Part shown: positions 38,669 through 51,596 of the stretch, in pieces
Layout of the letters: each line of letters opens with the position of its first letter
Position numbering within the stretch: the stretch's first letter is position 1
Source: Octopus sinensis
Taxonomy: Eukaryota
Length of the DNA stretch: 64,000 nt
Assembly: GCF_006345805.1 (NCBI RefSeq)
Contig: NC_043006.1
Location: 78,926,001 to 78,990,000 of the forward strand
Direction: 5' to 3'
Program-made: the position numbers and the translations under genes
The notes under the pieces: generated by a model
Database searches by the model: none
Seen by the model: the letters and a program-made list of their open reading frames with translations, nothing else
Told to the model about the DNA's origin: nothing

Positions 38669-40422
38669 TGTATGTATGTATGTACGTACGTACGTATGTA
38701 TGTATGTATGTATGTATGTATGTATGTATGTATGTATGTATGTATGTATGTATGTATGTACGTACGTATGTATGTTCGTACGTATGTACGTAAGTATGTA
38801 TGTTCGTACGTATGTACGTAAGTATGTATATTCGTACGTATGTACGTACGTATGTATGTACGTATGTATGTATGTATGTACGTATGTATGTTCGTACGTA
38901 TGTACGTACGTATGTATGTATGTACGTACGTATGTATGTACATACGTACGTATTTATGTACAACGTATGTATGTACGTATGTATGTAAGTACGTATAATT
39001 ATGGAAATTATATATATTTTAAATATATTTTTGGTATATTTCTTCCGCAGATCAACATAGATGACTGTGCCAGTAATCCTTGTTTGCATGGTGCCAACTG
39101 TACGGATTTAGAAAATGACTTCAGCTGCAACTGTTCCGCTGGCTGGACAGGCAAACGTTGTGAAAACATAGACAGCATGTGCCAAGCTAATACGTGTTCA
39201 AATAATGCCCAGTGCATTGATATTTTCCAAGATTTCTATTGCAGGTACTATATACTTATTATTATTGTTGTTGTTATTGATTTTTTAATGTTTTTGCTGT
39301 TTATGGCGGTTAGCTGACACAATTGTAGAGCATGCGACAAAATACTCGGCGGCATTGCGTCCGTCTTTACATTCTGAGTTCAAATTCCGCCAAAGTCGAT
39401 ATTACCTCGCAGCCTTACGGGGTCGATAAAGAAAATACCAGTCAAGTAGTGGAGTCAATCAAATCGACAGCACCATCTTCCTCAAAAATTTCAGGCGTTG
39501 TATATTTGGCAGAAAGGGTCATTACAATTATTGATATTAAGGTGACAAGTATGGCGGACGAAATGTTTAGCAGCATTTTGTTCGTCTTTACGTTCTGAGT
39601 TCAAATTTCTTTCTGGATCGATAAGATAAGTACTGGTCATGTACTGGGGTCAATGTAATCAACTAGTCCACTATGTATGTATTATGTACGCATGTAAGTA
39701 TGTATGTACGTATGTATGTATCTATGTATGTATGTATGTATGTATGTATGTATGCAGGCGCAGGAGTGGCTGTGGTAAGAAGCTTGTTTACCAACCACAT
39801 GGTTCCGGGTTCAGTCCCACTGCGTGGCACCTTCGGCAAGTGTCTTCTACTATAACCTTGGGCCGACCAAAGCCTTGTGAGTGGATTTGGTAGACGGAAA
39901 CTGAAAGAAGCCCGTCGTATATATGTATATATATGTATGTGCGTGTATGTTTGTGTGTCTGTGTTTGTTCCCCTAGCATTGCTTGACAACCGATGCTGGT
40001 GTGTTTATATCCCCGTCACTTAGCGGTTCGGCAAAAGAAACCGATAGAATAAGTACTGGGCTTACAAAGAATAAGTCCCGGGGTCGAGTTGCTCGATTAA
40101 AGGCGGTGCACCAGCATGACCGTAGTCAAATGGTTGAAACAAGTAAAAAGAGAAAGAGTAAAATAGAATGTGTTTTTATGGTGACTTCGTTCGTTATCCC
40201 ATCAACTAAAAGTCCCATGATGATAGAAGAGTAATGACGTGTGCAGACCCAACCATTTGATAAATACGCAGTGAGTTACATCTTCCGTTTGTCACCCATT
40301 CTTCAAACCGTGCAAATCTGCAATGGGACTGAGATGTCATGGCTTGAAAGTCAGAAATGCCATCCACAATAAACGAGTACAAGGAAATTACAATCAACTC
40401 TGAAGATAAAGCAATCGCATTT

Positions 40423-40462
<40 letters not shown>

Positions 40463-40736
40463 TGTGTGTGTGTGTGTTGTGCGCGCGCGTGCGTGTGTGT
40501 GAGTGAGTGTATGTATATATGTAGCTGAAATTTACAGAAAAACAAAAGACGACGACAGGTGTATAAACAACAAACAGGTGTGTTAGTTTAACGCTCGGGA
40601 AGGTGAGAAAGTCTTTTACGTTTTGTGCCTGCGCTCTTCAACAGAAAGGAATACGAGGAAATTAACAGAGAGAGAATAAAAAACTTTTGGAGCTAGCGGT
40701 CAATCATGTGCGTGGTGTGTGTGTGTGTGTGTGGTG

Positions 40737-40774
<38 letters not shown>

Positions 40775-41049
40775 AACATTGCTGAATGATTCTGAAGTCG
40801 GCTTTGCAATCACGTTTTTTTTACTTTTTTTATTTTATATGTGTGTGAAATATAAAACTGAGTGTTTATATTATTCTGCGTTTTAATATCAATCCTTTTA
40901 AAACTTCAGCTGCCAGTCAAACACTCATGGTAAGCAATGTAACCTCTCCAACTCGGTTTGCTCCAATGCTAATCCATGCATTAACAACGCCACCTGCATT
41001 GATAAACTGGGTGATGTCCATTGTAATTGCACTGAAGGTAAATATACAC

Positions 41050-41089
<40 letters not shown>

Positions 41090-41199
41090 TGATAATAATA
41101 ATAATAATGATAATAATGATGATGATGATGATAATAATAATAATAATCATAATGATGATAATAATAATAATGATAAGAATAATAAGAATAATAATAATG

Positions 41200-41231
<32 letters not shown>

Positions 41232-42947
41232 GATCGCCTTTACCTTCCCAGAGCCCAAGGAGGTCGAGGCCTGATCCAATTTGAACTAGCTTACAAAACA
41301 ACCACAATTGGACTGGCCAAATATCTCGAAATATCGAATGACTGGATGCTAAAGCTCGTGGAAAATCACGAGAGACGAAAGAAGCTTCATTCTATCATCA
41401 AGGAAAGCAAAAAATTTGCTATTGATCTCGTGCAGGATACCCAAACTGAACAACCCGAGGGAAGTACGGCAACTATTGTTGCAAAGAAGGTGAAAATGAT
41501 GGCAATGAAAAAAGCGCACGAGCAATTGGCTGATAGGTGGGAGGAGAAACCTCTGCACGGCAAATATGTGACCCGCAGCACAAAGCTGATGTTGACCAGA
41601 AGCAAACCCATCAGTGGCTGCGGAGCTCAGGGCTAAAAGCAGAGAGCGAAGGTTTCATCCTGGCTGCTCAAGACCAAAGCCTATCAACCCGGAACTACCA
41701 GCCAATGTGATGAAAAATGGAGCAGACCCAAAATGCCGATTCTGCAACGACATGATTGAAACAGTGGACCACCTAATCTCTGGATGTAAAGTCTTAGCAC
41801 CAGTGGAGTATAAATTAAGACATGACAGATTTGGCCAATATCTCCACTGGCTAATAAGTCGGCATTACAATATCAAAACTGCCGACAAGTGGTATAATCA
41901 CCACCCTGAGGCTGTAACTGAAGGAGAAAATGTAACCATTCTGTGGGACTTTCCAGTACATACAGACCGAACCATCAAGGCCTAAACCAGATATTGTTTG
42001 TGAAAGACCAAAACAAAAGTTTGCTTATTGATCGACATGAGCATCCCCTGTGATCATAATATCTCAGCGAAAGAGTTTGACAAGCTCAGAAAATATAAAG
42101 ACCTACTCTTGAAATTGAGAAAATGTGGCATCTCAAGGCGGTTACAATACCAGTGATCGTAGGAGCACTAGGAATGATCAAGAAGGACCGAAATTATATG
42201 AGAATGATCCCTGGCTTACCATCCCTGCAAGAAGTGCAAAAGATTGTCTTAACTGGTACATCACACGTATTGAGAAGAGCATTGTCGATGTGAGAACTGT
42301 TGCTGCTCATGTATTTTAATTTAACTTAAAAAAAAAAAAAAATGAACGAACTACTGAGTTTGGTTTAATGGCCTACCAATATATACTATGAGTTTCTTTG
42401 CCCTAGGAGTCGGGAAGACACTCGGCAAGAAATGGAAGAAAATTTGAAAGAAGAAAAAAAAAGTAATAATAATAATAATAATAATAATAACTCAATGCCA
42501 GCAGAAGATGACAACGTTTCTCTAAAAAAGATGGAGAAACTTTCAAAATACAAAGACCTGGAAATAGAGGTAACTCGAATGTGGAATCTAAAAACAGAAA
42601 CAATTCCTATCATAGTAGACGCACAAAAAAGAAAGAAAGAAGAAAGCAAAGGACCACTGATGAGGTCACAGAAGTGTGACGAAAGAACTCTGGCCGAAAT
42701 ACGATTAATATAAAATAAAGCTGAAGCAAGTGAACACCAAATATATATAGTGCGTGTGTTTTTATTGGCTAAACTGGCAACATGACCGTTCCCAAATACA
42801 ACATATATAATATATATATATATAATTATATATAATATATATATATATAATATATATTATATCTATATAGATATATATATATATAATATATAATATTATA
42901 TATATATATATATATATCTATATATATATATTACATTCATATATATA

Positions 42948-42978
<31 letters not shown>

Positions 42979-43067
42979 CATTCATATATATATAATATAT
43001 AATTATATATATATATATACATTCATATATATATATATATATAATATATATATATATATATACATTC

Positions 43068-43104
<37 letters not shown>

Positions 43105-43982
43105 GACATTCATATATATATTATATATATAATATAATATATATATACATTCATATATATATATATATATTCTATATATATATATATATATACATCATAT
43201 ATAGATACATACATATATATATATATACATTCATATATATATACATACATATATATATAATACATAATATATATATATATATATATATATCTATATATAT
43301 ACATTCATTATTATAATACATACCTATATATATATATATACAATATATATATAATACTATATAATATATATATATTATATATATATATATACATACATAC
43401 ATATATTCATATATAATAGATACATATATATACATATTATATATATATATATATAATATTTGTAAAAATGAAGTTCGAAAATGCTGCTATATTATACAAT
43501 TTTTAATTTTTTATATACATTATAACATGTTTCATTCCTGAAATGAACCTTATCAAAAAGTTATATTATAAAAAAGATAGTTCATGCTATCAATCACAAG
43601 AATTCATTTATAATACACAACGGTGTCAGACATCATAAAGTTCATATATATAGTTTGAAGTGAGTTCGTTCATGCTATATGTTTAAAGTGAATGATGCAG
43701 CGGTTCACGGTGGCGACATGCATCCAATAAAAAAACAGATCAAAGCGGCGATATGTAGTCAATACAAAAACTGATGTTCCTGAAAGAGAGAGAATTCATT
43801 TTACCTTGAGCAACTGTGTTGTTCGCTGGATGATTCTGGCGAATCTTGTGAATTGTTCAGGTTTTATAACACTGGTCAGTCCAGCGTAACGTGACGTCAT
43901 CAACGTTTTGACCATCGTTTATATATATAATATACATATATATATAATACATATATATATATATACATATATATACATATAT

Positions 43983-44013
<31 letters not shown>

Positions 44014-47000
44014 TATATATATTATATATATATAGATATACATTTATATACATACATACATAGATGCCTCTTATTTGAAGCGAACATTTCTATTCTAATA
44101 GTTACAAAAAGTTACAATATATTTCTATCAACTTTTATAGGTTTTGCTGGAGTAGGCTGTGAACTTTCAGTCGATTATTGTAAAAATTCAGTCTGCGAAA
44201 ATGGTGGAAAGTGCACTATTAAAGGAAACGGCTATGAATGTAAATGTCCTACAGGTAATATTGCAAACAGCTTGTGGTTTGAATTTAGAATTTCAACTGT
44301 TGTTTTTTTATGCTTTCTCTTATTAGTATGTGCAGAAATGGTTTATTATTGTAATTGAATATCCGCATATTATTTGTTGCAATAGCTACGATTTTGTACT
44401 TGCTGTTAGTATTTTAGTCTATTTCCAAAGAATATTTTGCTTCATATTACCAGCTATTTAAATATACGGTATTGTAGAATTAACCATAAGGGCCAGTGCC
44501 AAATAAGTGTTACAGGCAGCTCAACATGCTCGTATGGCTCGAAAGAATTATCCGTCAAATGCTTAGGGATATCTCATAAATCGAAAATTTTCTCTGCTTC
44601 GGTCTAGTCTACCATCATGAGCAATTTGTCATATGCATGCTCTTGTGACTGTGTGAGGCATTGATATACAACCGGCACTCCGTCGGTTACGACGACGACG
44701 AGGGTTCCAGTTGATCCGATCAACATAATAGCCTGTTCGTGAAATTAACGTGCAAGTGGCTGAGCACTCCACAGACACGTGTACCCATGACGTAGTTCTC
44801 AGGGAGATTCAGCGTGTCACAGAGTTTGAAAAAGCTAGCCCTTTGAAATACAGGTACGACTCATTTTTGGCAGCTGAGTGGACTGGAGCAACATGAAATA
44901 AAGTGTCTTACTCAAGGACAACACGCGCTGCCGGGAATCGAACTCATGACCTTACGATCTTGTGCCAAATACCCTAACCACAAAGCCATGTGCCTTCATG
45001 ACATTGATTTATAATAGAATAATCAAGTTACATATATATTTACCACCTGACCTAAACTCGTATGCTTTGGATGAAGGTGACCGTTATAGAAACGCAGATT
45101 ATAACAACGACCATTATTTTAAACCACAAAGGTAAAGAAACATTGTTTTGTCCACTAAGAGGCGAATATGGGCGCCTTGACCCCTTGATGGCAAGGACTA
45201 CGAAGAACTATCTTGAAGTTATTGGTTCAGATACATGACATGAAACTGAGAACTACAGGAGAACAGAGATTCGTGGTGAAGTGTGATGAAATGCATCTCG
45301 TTTGCAGTCATTTAGCACTGTGCGCGTGCAAGCGTGCATGTGCGTGTGTGTATGGTTTGTAAGCTATCACAACCATTGATCAGGGGACTTGAGAAAAGCA
45401 GCTGAGCTTTCTTAATGTGCTATAACATATAGATGAATACTGAGAAGATAACAACACACTCCTGTATGTAGACGGAAACCGACGCAACCTGGCTTTATTT
45501 GGTGAGCCTAAAAGAGCTGAACTCAAATCCTGCTTTAAGATTTGAAACACACTACAAGAAATAAATCCAGTATATTTTTCATACAAAATAGATATTAATG
45601 CCAGGGAAATCAATCAACGGAGTAAATCATCCTTCTATTCCTCTTTTTTATTCATTTATTTTGGCGAAGAAGGGTATAAGTCATACCTTATGCGATTATA
45701 TTTCTGTTTCAAAATATGCTTCAATATATTTTGAAAATAATAAAGAATTTGAAGAAATATCTTCATACAATAATTCCTTTGTTCATTATTAAAATGGAGT
45801 TCAGAACTTGCTTTAACCAAGGTTTTTAGAATTCAAAAATTTTTTAATTGGAGGTGCTGATATCATAGAGTCTGTGTATGCCTCAATCATGGTTGTGTCA
45901 AAAAGTTGAAATGAGATTATACATATTTAAAAATATAAGATATACTGCAAGTCCTTTATAAATTTATTATTCTTGCTTGTGGAGTTTTTTTATGAATAAC
46001 TGTTTTGAGGGTACCACAAATAATTAAGTAATCCAACTATCTCAACGTTTGGTTTTCATGCAGGGTTTTCTGGTAAAAACTGTGAGACAAATGACGAAAG
46101 TTGCAAGGAAAACGTATACTGTCAAACCAGTAAGGCAATTAAGAAGTGTTCATCAACGTCTAGTAGTAAAGGTAAGAAAAAGAAAGAGAAAATCCTAATG
46201 GAGGAATAGTTGTTAATATTTGCTTTAATATTCTGATGTTTATTTTTCAGTGTCAGTAGTGCAAATTTTTTGTTTGATTTCTTTTTGCTGTTTAACAGCC
46301 AAAATTATTCCTGATTAGTAAGCATTCCAGGAGTGATCATCCCATATTTTGTATATCTCTTAGTACAATGATCAAAGTATCCTTCCTTTTATCCAAGACT
46401 GAAATGTTTGATTAGAGAGAAATCGGCAGTTGTTTTTATAAGCTCGAAAGATAAGGTCCGGGATCTGCGTTACATCATTGATGAAACTACAATGGATTGC
46501 CATTTCTTATCGTACAATAGATTTGGATTTTCGAAAGGCATTTACCGTTAAGGGGGCAACTGTTTCGAGTGATTCAGATACAAATAGAAGAGGAAATATA
46601 CTGCTTGGTCTAATGGTAAAACATCTGTTATGTTTACAGAAAATTTGGTTTCAAGTCTGATGAGCACTCTTCGAAATTTTCTATCCAAAGTGTTTCTTAG
46701 CCTTAATATTTACACGCTATTATCTATAACTTTTCTACTTCGAGTTCAACCGTTAAAATTAAATCATTTCATATCCTCTCGAAGTTTTGATTTTTATAAC
46801 TTTAACAATATAGATTTGTTTGCATATGTATATAAGTGTTTGTATGTGTGCGTGTATGTATGTGTGCGCGCGCGCATGCATATGTATGCATCATTTATTA
46901 TTACTATTATTATTATTATTATTATTATGATTGTGGCTGTGTGGTAAGTAGCTTGCTTACCAACCACATGGTTCCGGGTTCAATCCCACTACGTGGCTCC

Positions 47001-47301
47001 TTGGGCAAGTGTCTTCTACTATAGCCTTGGGCCAACCTGTGGGTGGATTTGGTAGACAGAGCTGAAAGAAGCCCGTCGTATATATGTATGTATGTGTGTG
47101 TGTATATGTTTGTGTGTCTGTGTTTATCCGCCCCCCCCCCAACATCACTTGACAACCGATGCTGGTGTGTTTACGTCCCCGTAACTTAGCGGTTCGGCAA
47201 AACAGACCGATAGAATAAGTACTAGGCTTACAAAGATTGACTAAAGGCAGTGCTCCAGCATGGCCGCAGTCAAATGACTGAAGCCATTAAAAAAGAAAGA
47301 G

Positions 47302-47368
<67 letters not shown>

Positions 47369-47520
47369 ATTATTATTAATTATTATTATTGTTAATTATT
47401 ATTATTATTATTATTAATTATTATTATTATTAATTATTATTATTGTTAATTATTATTATTATTATTATAATTATTATTATTGTTAATTATTATTATTATT
47501 ATTAATTATTATTATTGTTA

Positions 47521-47551
<31 letters not shown>

Positions 47552-48539
47552 ATTATCATTATTATTATTATTATTATTGTTAATTATTATTATTATTTCT
47601 ACAGCCGTTTCTTTAGATCACGATTTGTGGTTTTATCTTCCGGATAAACGTGGAATGGCAGTCATGAATAATCCATTACTACTTGAGGGCATGGACTTAT
47701 CCATGAGTCTCTGGATTAACTTCGACCGTGCTGGAGACACTGGAACATTTATGAACGTCTTTATGTTGAAGTAAGTCTCTGTATACTATTTCAAGTAGAA
47801 GTATTTGTATTGTTGTTGTTGCTGCTGTCATGTGCTTTTCTTGTTCTTTCAATTTTGTTTCCATTTGTTGTTGGGAGTCTTTGGACAAAGTCTTACTGTA
47901 TACATCGATAGGCCAATTAAATAAAACACATCAGATTGTTCATTTACGAAATCAAATGAAGTTCTGAAAAAAAAAAAACCAACGTTATTTACGTGGAAGA
48001 TCGTCGTTGTCACAGTGGCAATGTTCTTCTCAATAGGTGGAAAGTGTAACCTCTCGAAAGAGCTGTTCTTCGCTCCTGCTCCAGAGCGTCGGCTGCAAGG
48101 TCACTCCGAAAAGCTCTATCTGCGACGATTTCATCTCAATCGAAGGAGAGGGGCTTTCTCCGTCCGGGTTGCGGATCTGTGGAATAAGCTGCCAGACGAG
48201 ATAGTGAAGATGCCGACGACCGCTCGGTTCAAAGTCTCCCTTGACCACAAGTGGCCTGAACTCTTTACATGAACACCACCCTGTACATAACTCCATGTCC
48301 CCCTACATGGCCTTGCTTTTTGCTTTTTGAGCCAAAAAATTAACTAACTAACTAACTAAGGTGTGAAGTACCAGTTAAAACAGGTTTTTGCACTTCTTGC
48401 AGGAATGGTAAGTCAAGGATAATTCTCAATCTTCGGTCACTTTTTTTTTATTCACTCGAAAATAACAGTTAGCCACATAAATCCTACCAAGAATAAGACC
48501 GAACCTGAGCCAAACCAAAATAATAACAACAACAACAAC

Positions 48540-48570
<31 letters not shown>

Positions 48571-50332
48571 TTTTACAATCTGGTGTGTTTATTTTAATGG
48601 CCTACCAATGTATACGGTGAGTTTCTTTGCCCTACTAGTCGGGAAGACACTCGGCACGAAATGGAAACAAAATTAAAAGAATAATGATAATAATAATAAC
48701 TATTTCTTTACTACCCTCAAGGGGCTAAATACAGAAGGGACAAACAAGGACAGACAAACGGATTTAGTCGATTATATCGACCCCAGTGCGTAACTGGTAC
48801 TTATTTAATCGACCCCGAAAGGATGAAAGGCAAAGTCGACCTGGGCGGAATTTGAACACAGAACGTAGCGGCAGACGAAATACTGCTGAGCATTTCGCCC
48901 GGCGTGCTAACGTTTCTGCCAGCTCCGACGACCACAACAACAACAACAACAACAACAATAATTATTATTATTATTATTATTATAATAATAATAATAATAA
49001 TAATAACAATAATAATATTTTTTATTATAGGTCAGAAAAAGATGGTACAGAAAAGAAAGAAATACTGTTTCGCTTAAGCAATACAGGAATGTCCTACATC
49101 ACCGAAAATGGGAGCATGACGACCATAGATTTTTCTAGAATCAATGATGCCAAATGGCACTTGGTCACTCTGGTTATATCTTCAGCAAACAACGAAGTGG
49201 ATCTGAGAGTCAATAACTTTCAGATGATATCTACTTCTAATCAACCAATTCAAAGTCCATTTAATCAAACGTAAGTTACCCTATGAATAAGTGATTTCTT
49301 TCTGTTGGTTAGCACTTTGCTCATTGTGAAGAGTATTCAATCCAAAGCTACAGGTACACGAAGGTGGAGAGTAGTCAAGTGGTTGCGATACTGGATTACC
49401 TCTTAATTTTTTATTTCTTTACTGCCCACAAGGGGCTAAACATAGAGGGGACAAACAAGGACAGACATAGGTATTAAGCCGATTAAATCGACCCCAGTGC
49501 GTAACTGGTACTTAATTTATCGACCCCGAAAGGATGAAAGGCAAAGTCGACCTTGGTGGAATTTGTACTCAGAACATAAAGACAGACGAAATACCACTAG
49601 GCATTTCGTCCGGCTTACTAACAACGATTCTGCCAGCTCGCCGCCTTAAAATTGTTTTAAGTTCAATTCCACAGCAAGCAGTTTTCTTGAAAATTGGGAC
49701 CGCATGGGTTATTTCATATATCTCTATGAGATATATGAAATAACCTGTGCGGTCATTATGCAAGTTATTAGGAATAATTACCAACCTTTTTCTTTGTTTT
49801 TTTGTTCTTGTTTTTCCCCACTAGAATTTCATCTTCATAGCATGAAATCATATCTAGTGAAAGATCTCTCTCTCTCCCTCTCCCTTTCTATCTTTCTTTC
49901 TCTCTCATTGTCTCTCACGCATACATTCCTTCTTTCCATTGCAAGCACATATACACTCAGACACACAAACACACACACAAACACTCACCAAGGCATCAAT
50001 CCTGAACGGTCTTCTTTACTTCTAAGGATATCTTCGTCTCAATGGTAATGTGCCTCCTTTCTGTTTGTTTCCCATTCCACCTGCTGTGTACAGCAAAAGC
50101 AATTAGCTGATATGATTCTTTCATTCTCTTCTCTTCCTCTCTAAACATGTGTGCGTGTATGTACGTGCGTGTGAGTGTATGTGCGTGAGCGAGGATCGTG
50201 GCGCAGAAATTTAGACAAGATCGTGATTTCGATTCCCAGGCAGGCGATGTGTTGTGCTCTTAAGCCAAACACTTCATTCCACATTGTCCCGATCTATTCA
50301 GCTATTGTAACACTGGAATAAGTCTAAAATCA

Positions 50333-50384
<52 letters not shown>

Positions 50385-50518
50385 TCTTTTATACTTTGTA
50401 ACCTAGTACTTATTCTAGCGGTCTCTTTTGCCGAACCGCTAAGTTATGAGGACGTAAACACACTAGCATCGGTTGTCAAGCGATGCTGTGGGGTGGGGAC
50501 AAACAGACACACAAACAT

Positions 50519-50555
<37 letters not shown>

Positions 50556-51560
50556 CGACGGGCTTCTTCCAGTTTCCGTCTTCCAAATCCACTCACAAGG
50601 CTTTGGTCGCCCGAGGCTGTAGAAGACACTTGCCCAAGGTGCCACGCAGTAGGACTGAACCCGAGACCATGTGGTTGGTAAACCAGCTACTTACCACACA
50701 GCCACTCCTGCGCCTTATATATATATATATATATATATACCCTTAACTTAATTCTCAAGGCGATTCGGCGTGACACAGATTGTGATAAAGCTGGCCCTTT
50801 GAAATACAGGTACTACTTATTTTTGCCAGCTGAGTGGACTGGAGCAACGTGAAATAAAGTGTCTTGCTCAAGGACACACTACGTCGCCGTGAATCGAACA
50901 CACGACCATATGATCGTTATCAAAATATCTTAACCACTAAGCCACGTATCTTCAAATATACTTGTAAAGACAAATCAAAGGTAACTCCATTAAACCACTT
51001 GGTATTTCAGGATCATATTTGATTTTTTTTTTCTTCTCCCTATTTCCTACATTACTGAGGCTATAAAGATTCTAACATAAACAATTGTTTCTTAACAGAT
51101 TACTCGTTATACTTGGATGTCATTTTGATCCTATTACCGACACAGCTGTAATCAATAAAGGATTCTATGGATATCTTAGTCAACTTAATATTTATAATAA
51201 ATCACTCGGGATTCAAGATCTTGCCAAGCTGGCATCTAGCCATAAAGAAGTTCTTAGCAACATAGTGTATGGCTGGGGAAACTATTATGTTGTTCAAGGT
51301 GCCAGAAAGAGAGTTCCATCTAAAGTCGGAATACCAAGTTCGAGTAAGAAATTCCTTTTATTCAATTGGTGCAAGTGTGGTCGTGTAGTTAAGAAGTGTC
51401 TTCTACTATAACCTCGGTTACAGTAAATAATGTTGTGGGCGAATTTGAAGACAGAGACTATGCGGAAAATTGTTATGTATGTATGTATGTATGTATGTAT
51501 GTATGTATGTATGTATGTAGTATGTATGTATGTATGTATGTATGTATGTATGTATGTATG

Positions 51561-51596
<36 letters not shown>

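Noticed and set aside
38473-39089. Y/V/C/M and H/T/Y/I-rich ORFs (also 22123-22650, 27079-27426, 42896-43435, 62159-63045)
   Set aside because: Stop-free frames of (TA)n, (TATG)n and (CA)n microsatellites.
39008-39217. Minus-strand [26 protein letters not shown]
   Set aside because: Typical antisense translation of EGF-coding sequence (exon 17); same for 36744-36968.
40917-41307. Poly-Ile and poly-Tyr ORFs resembling transmembrane segments
   Set aside because: (AAT)n/(ATT)n repeats; only 40910-41037 is a real exon.
46480-46620. DLDFRKAF motif suggesting a CR1 reverse transcriptase
   Set aside because: Too short and degraded to delimit as a feature.
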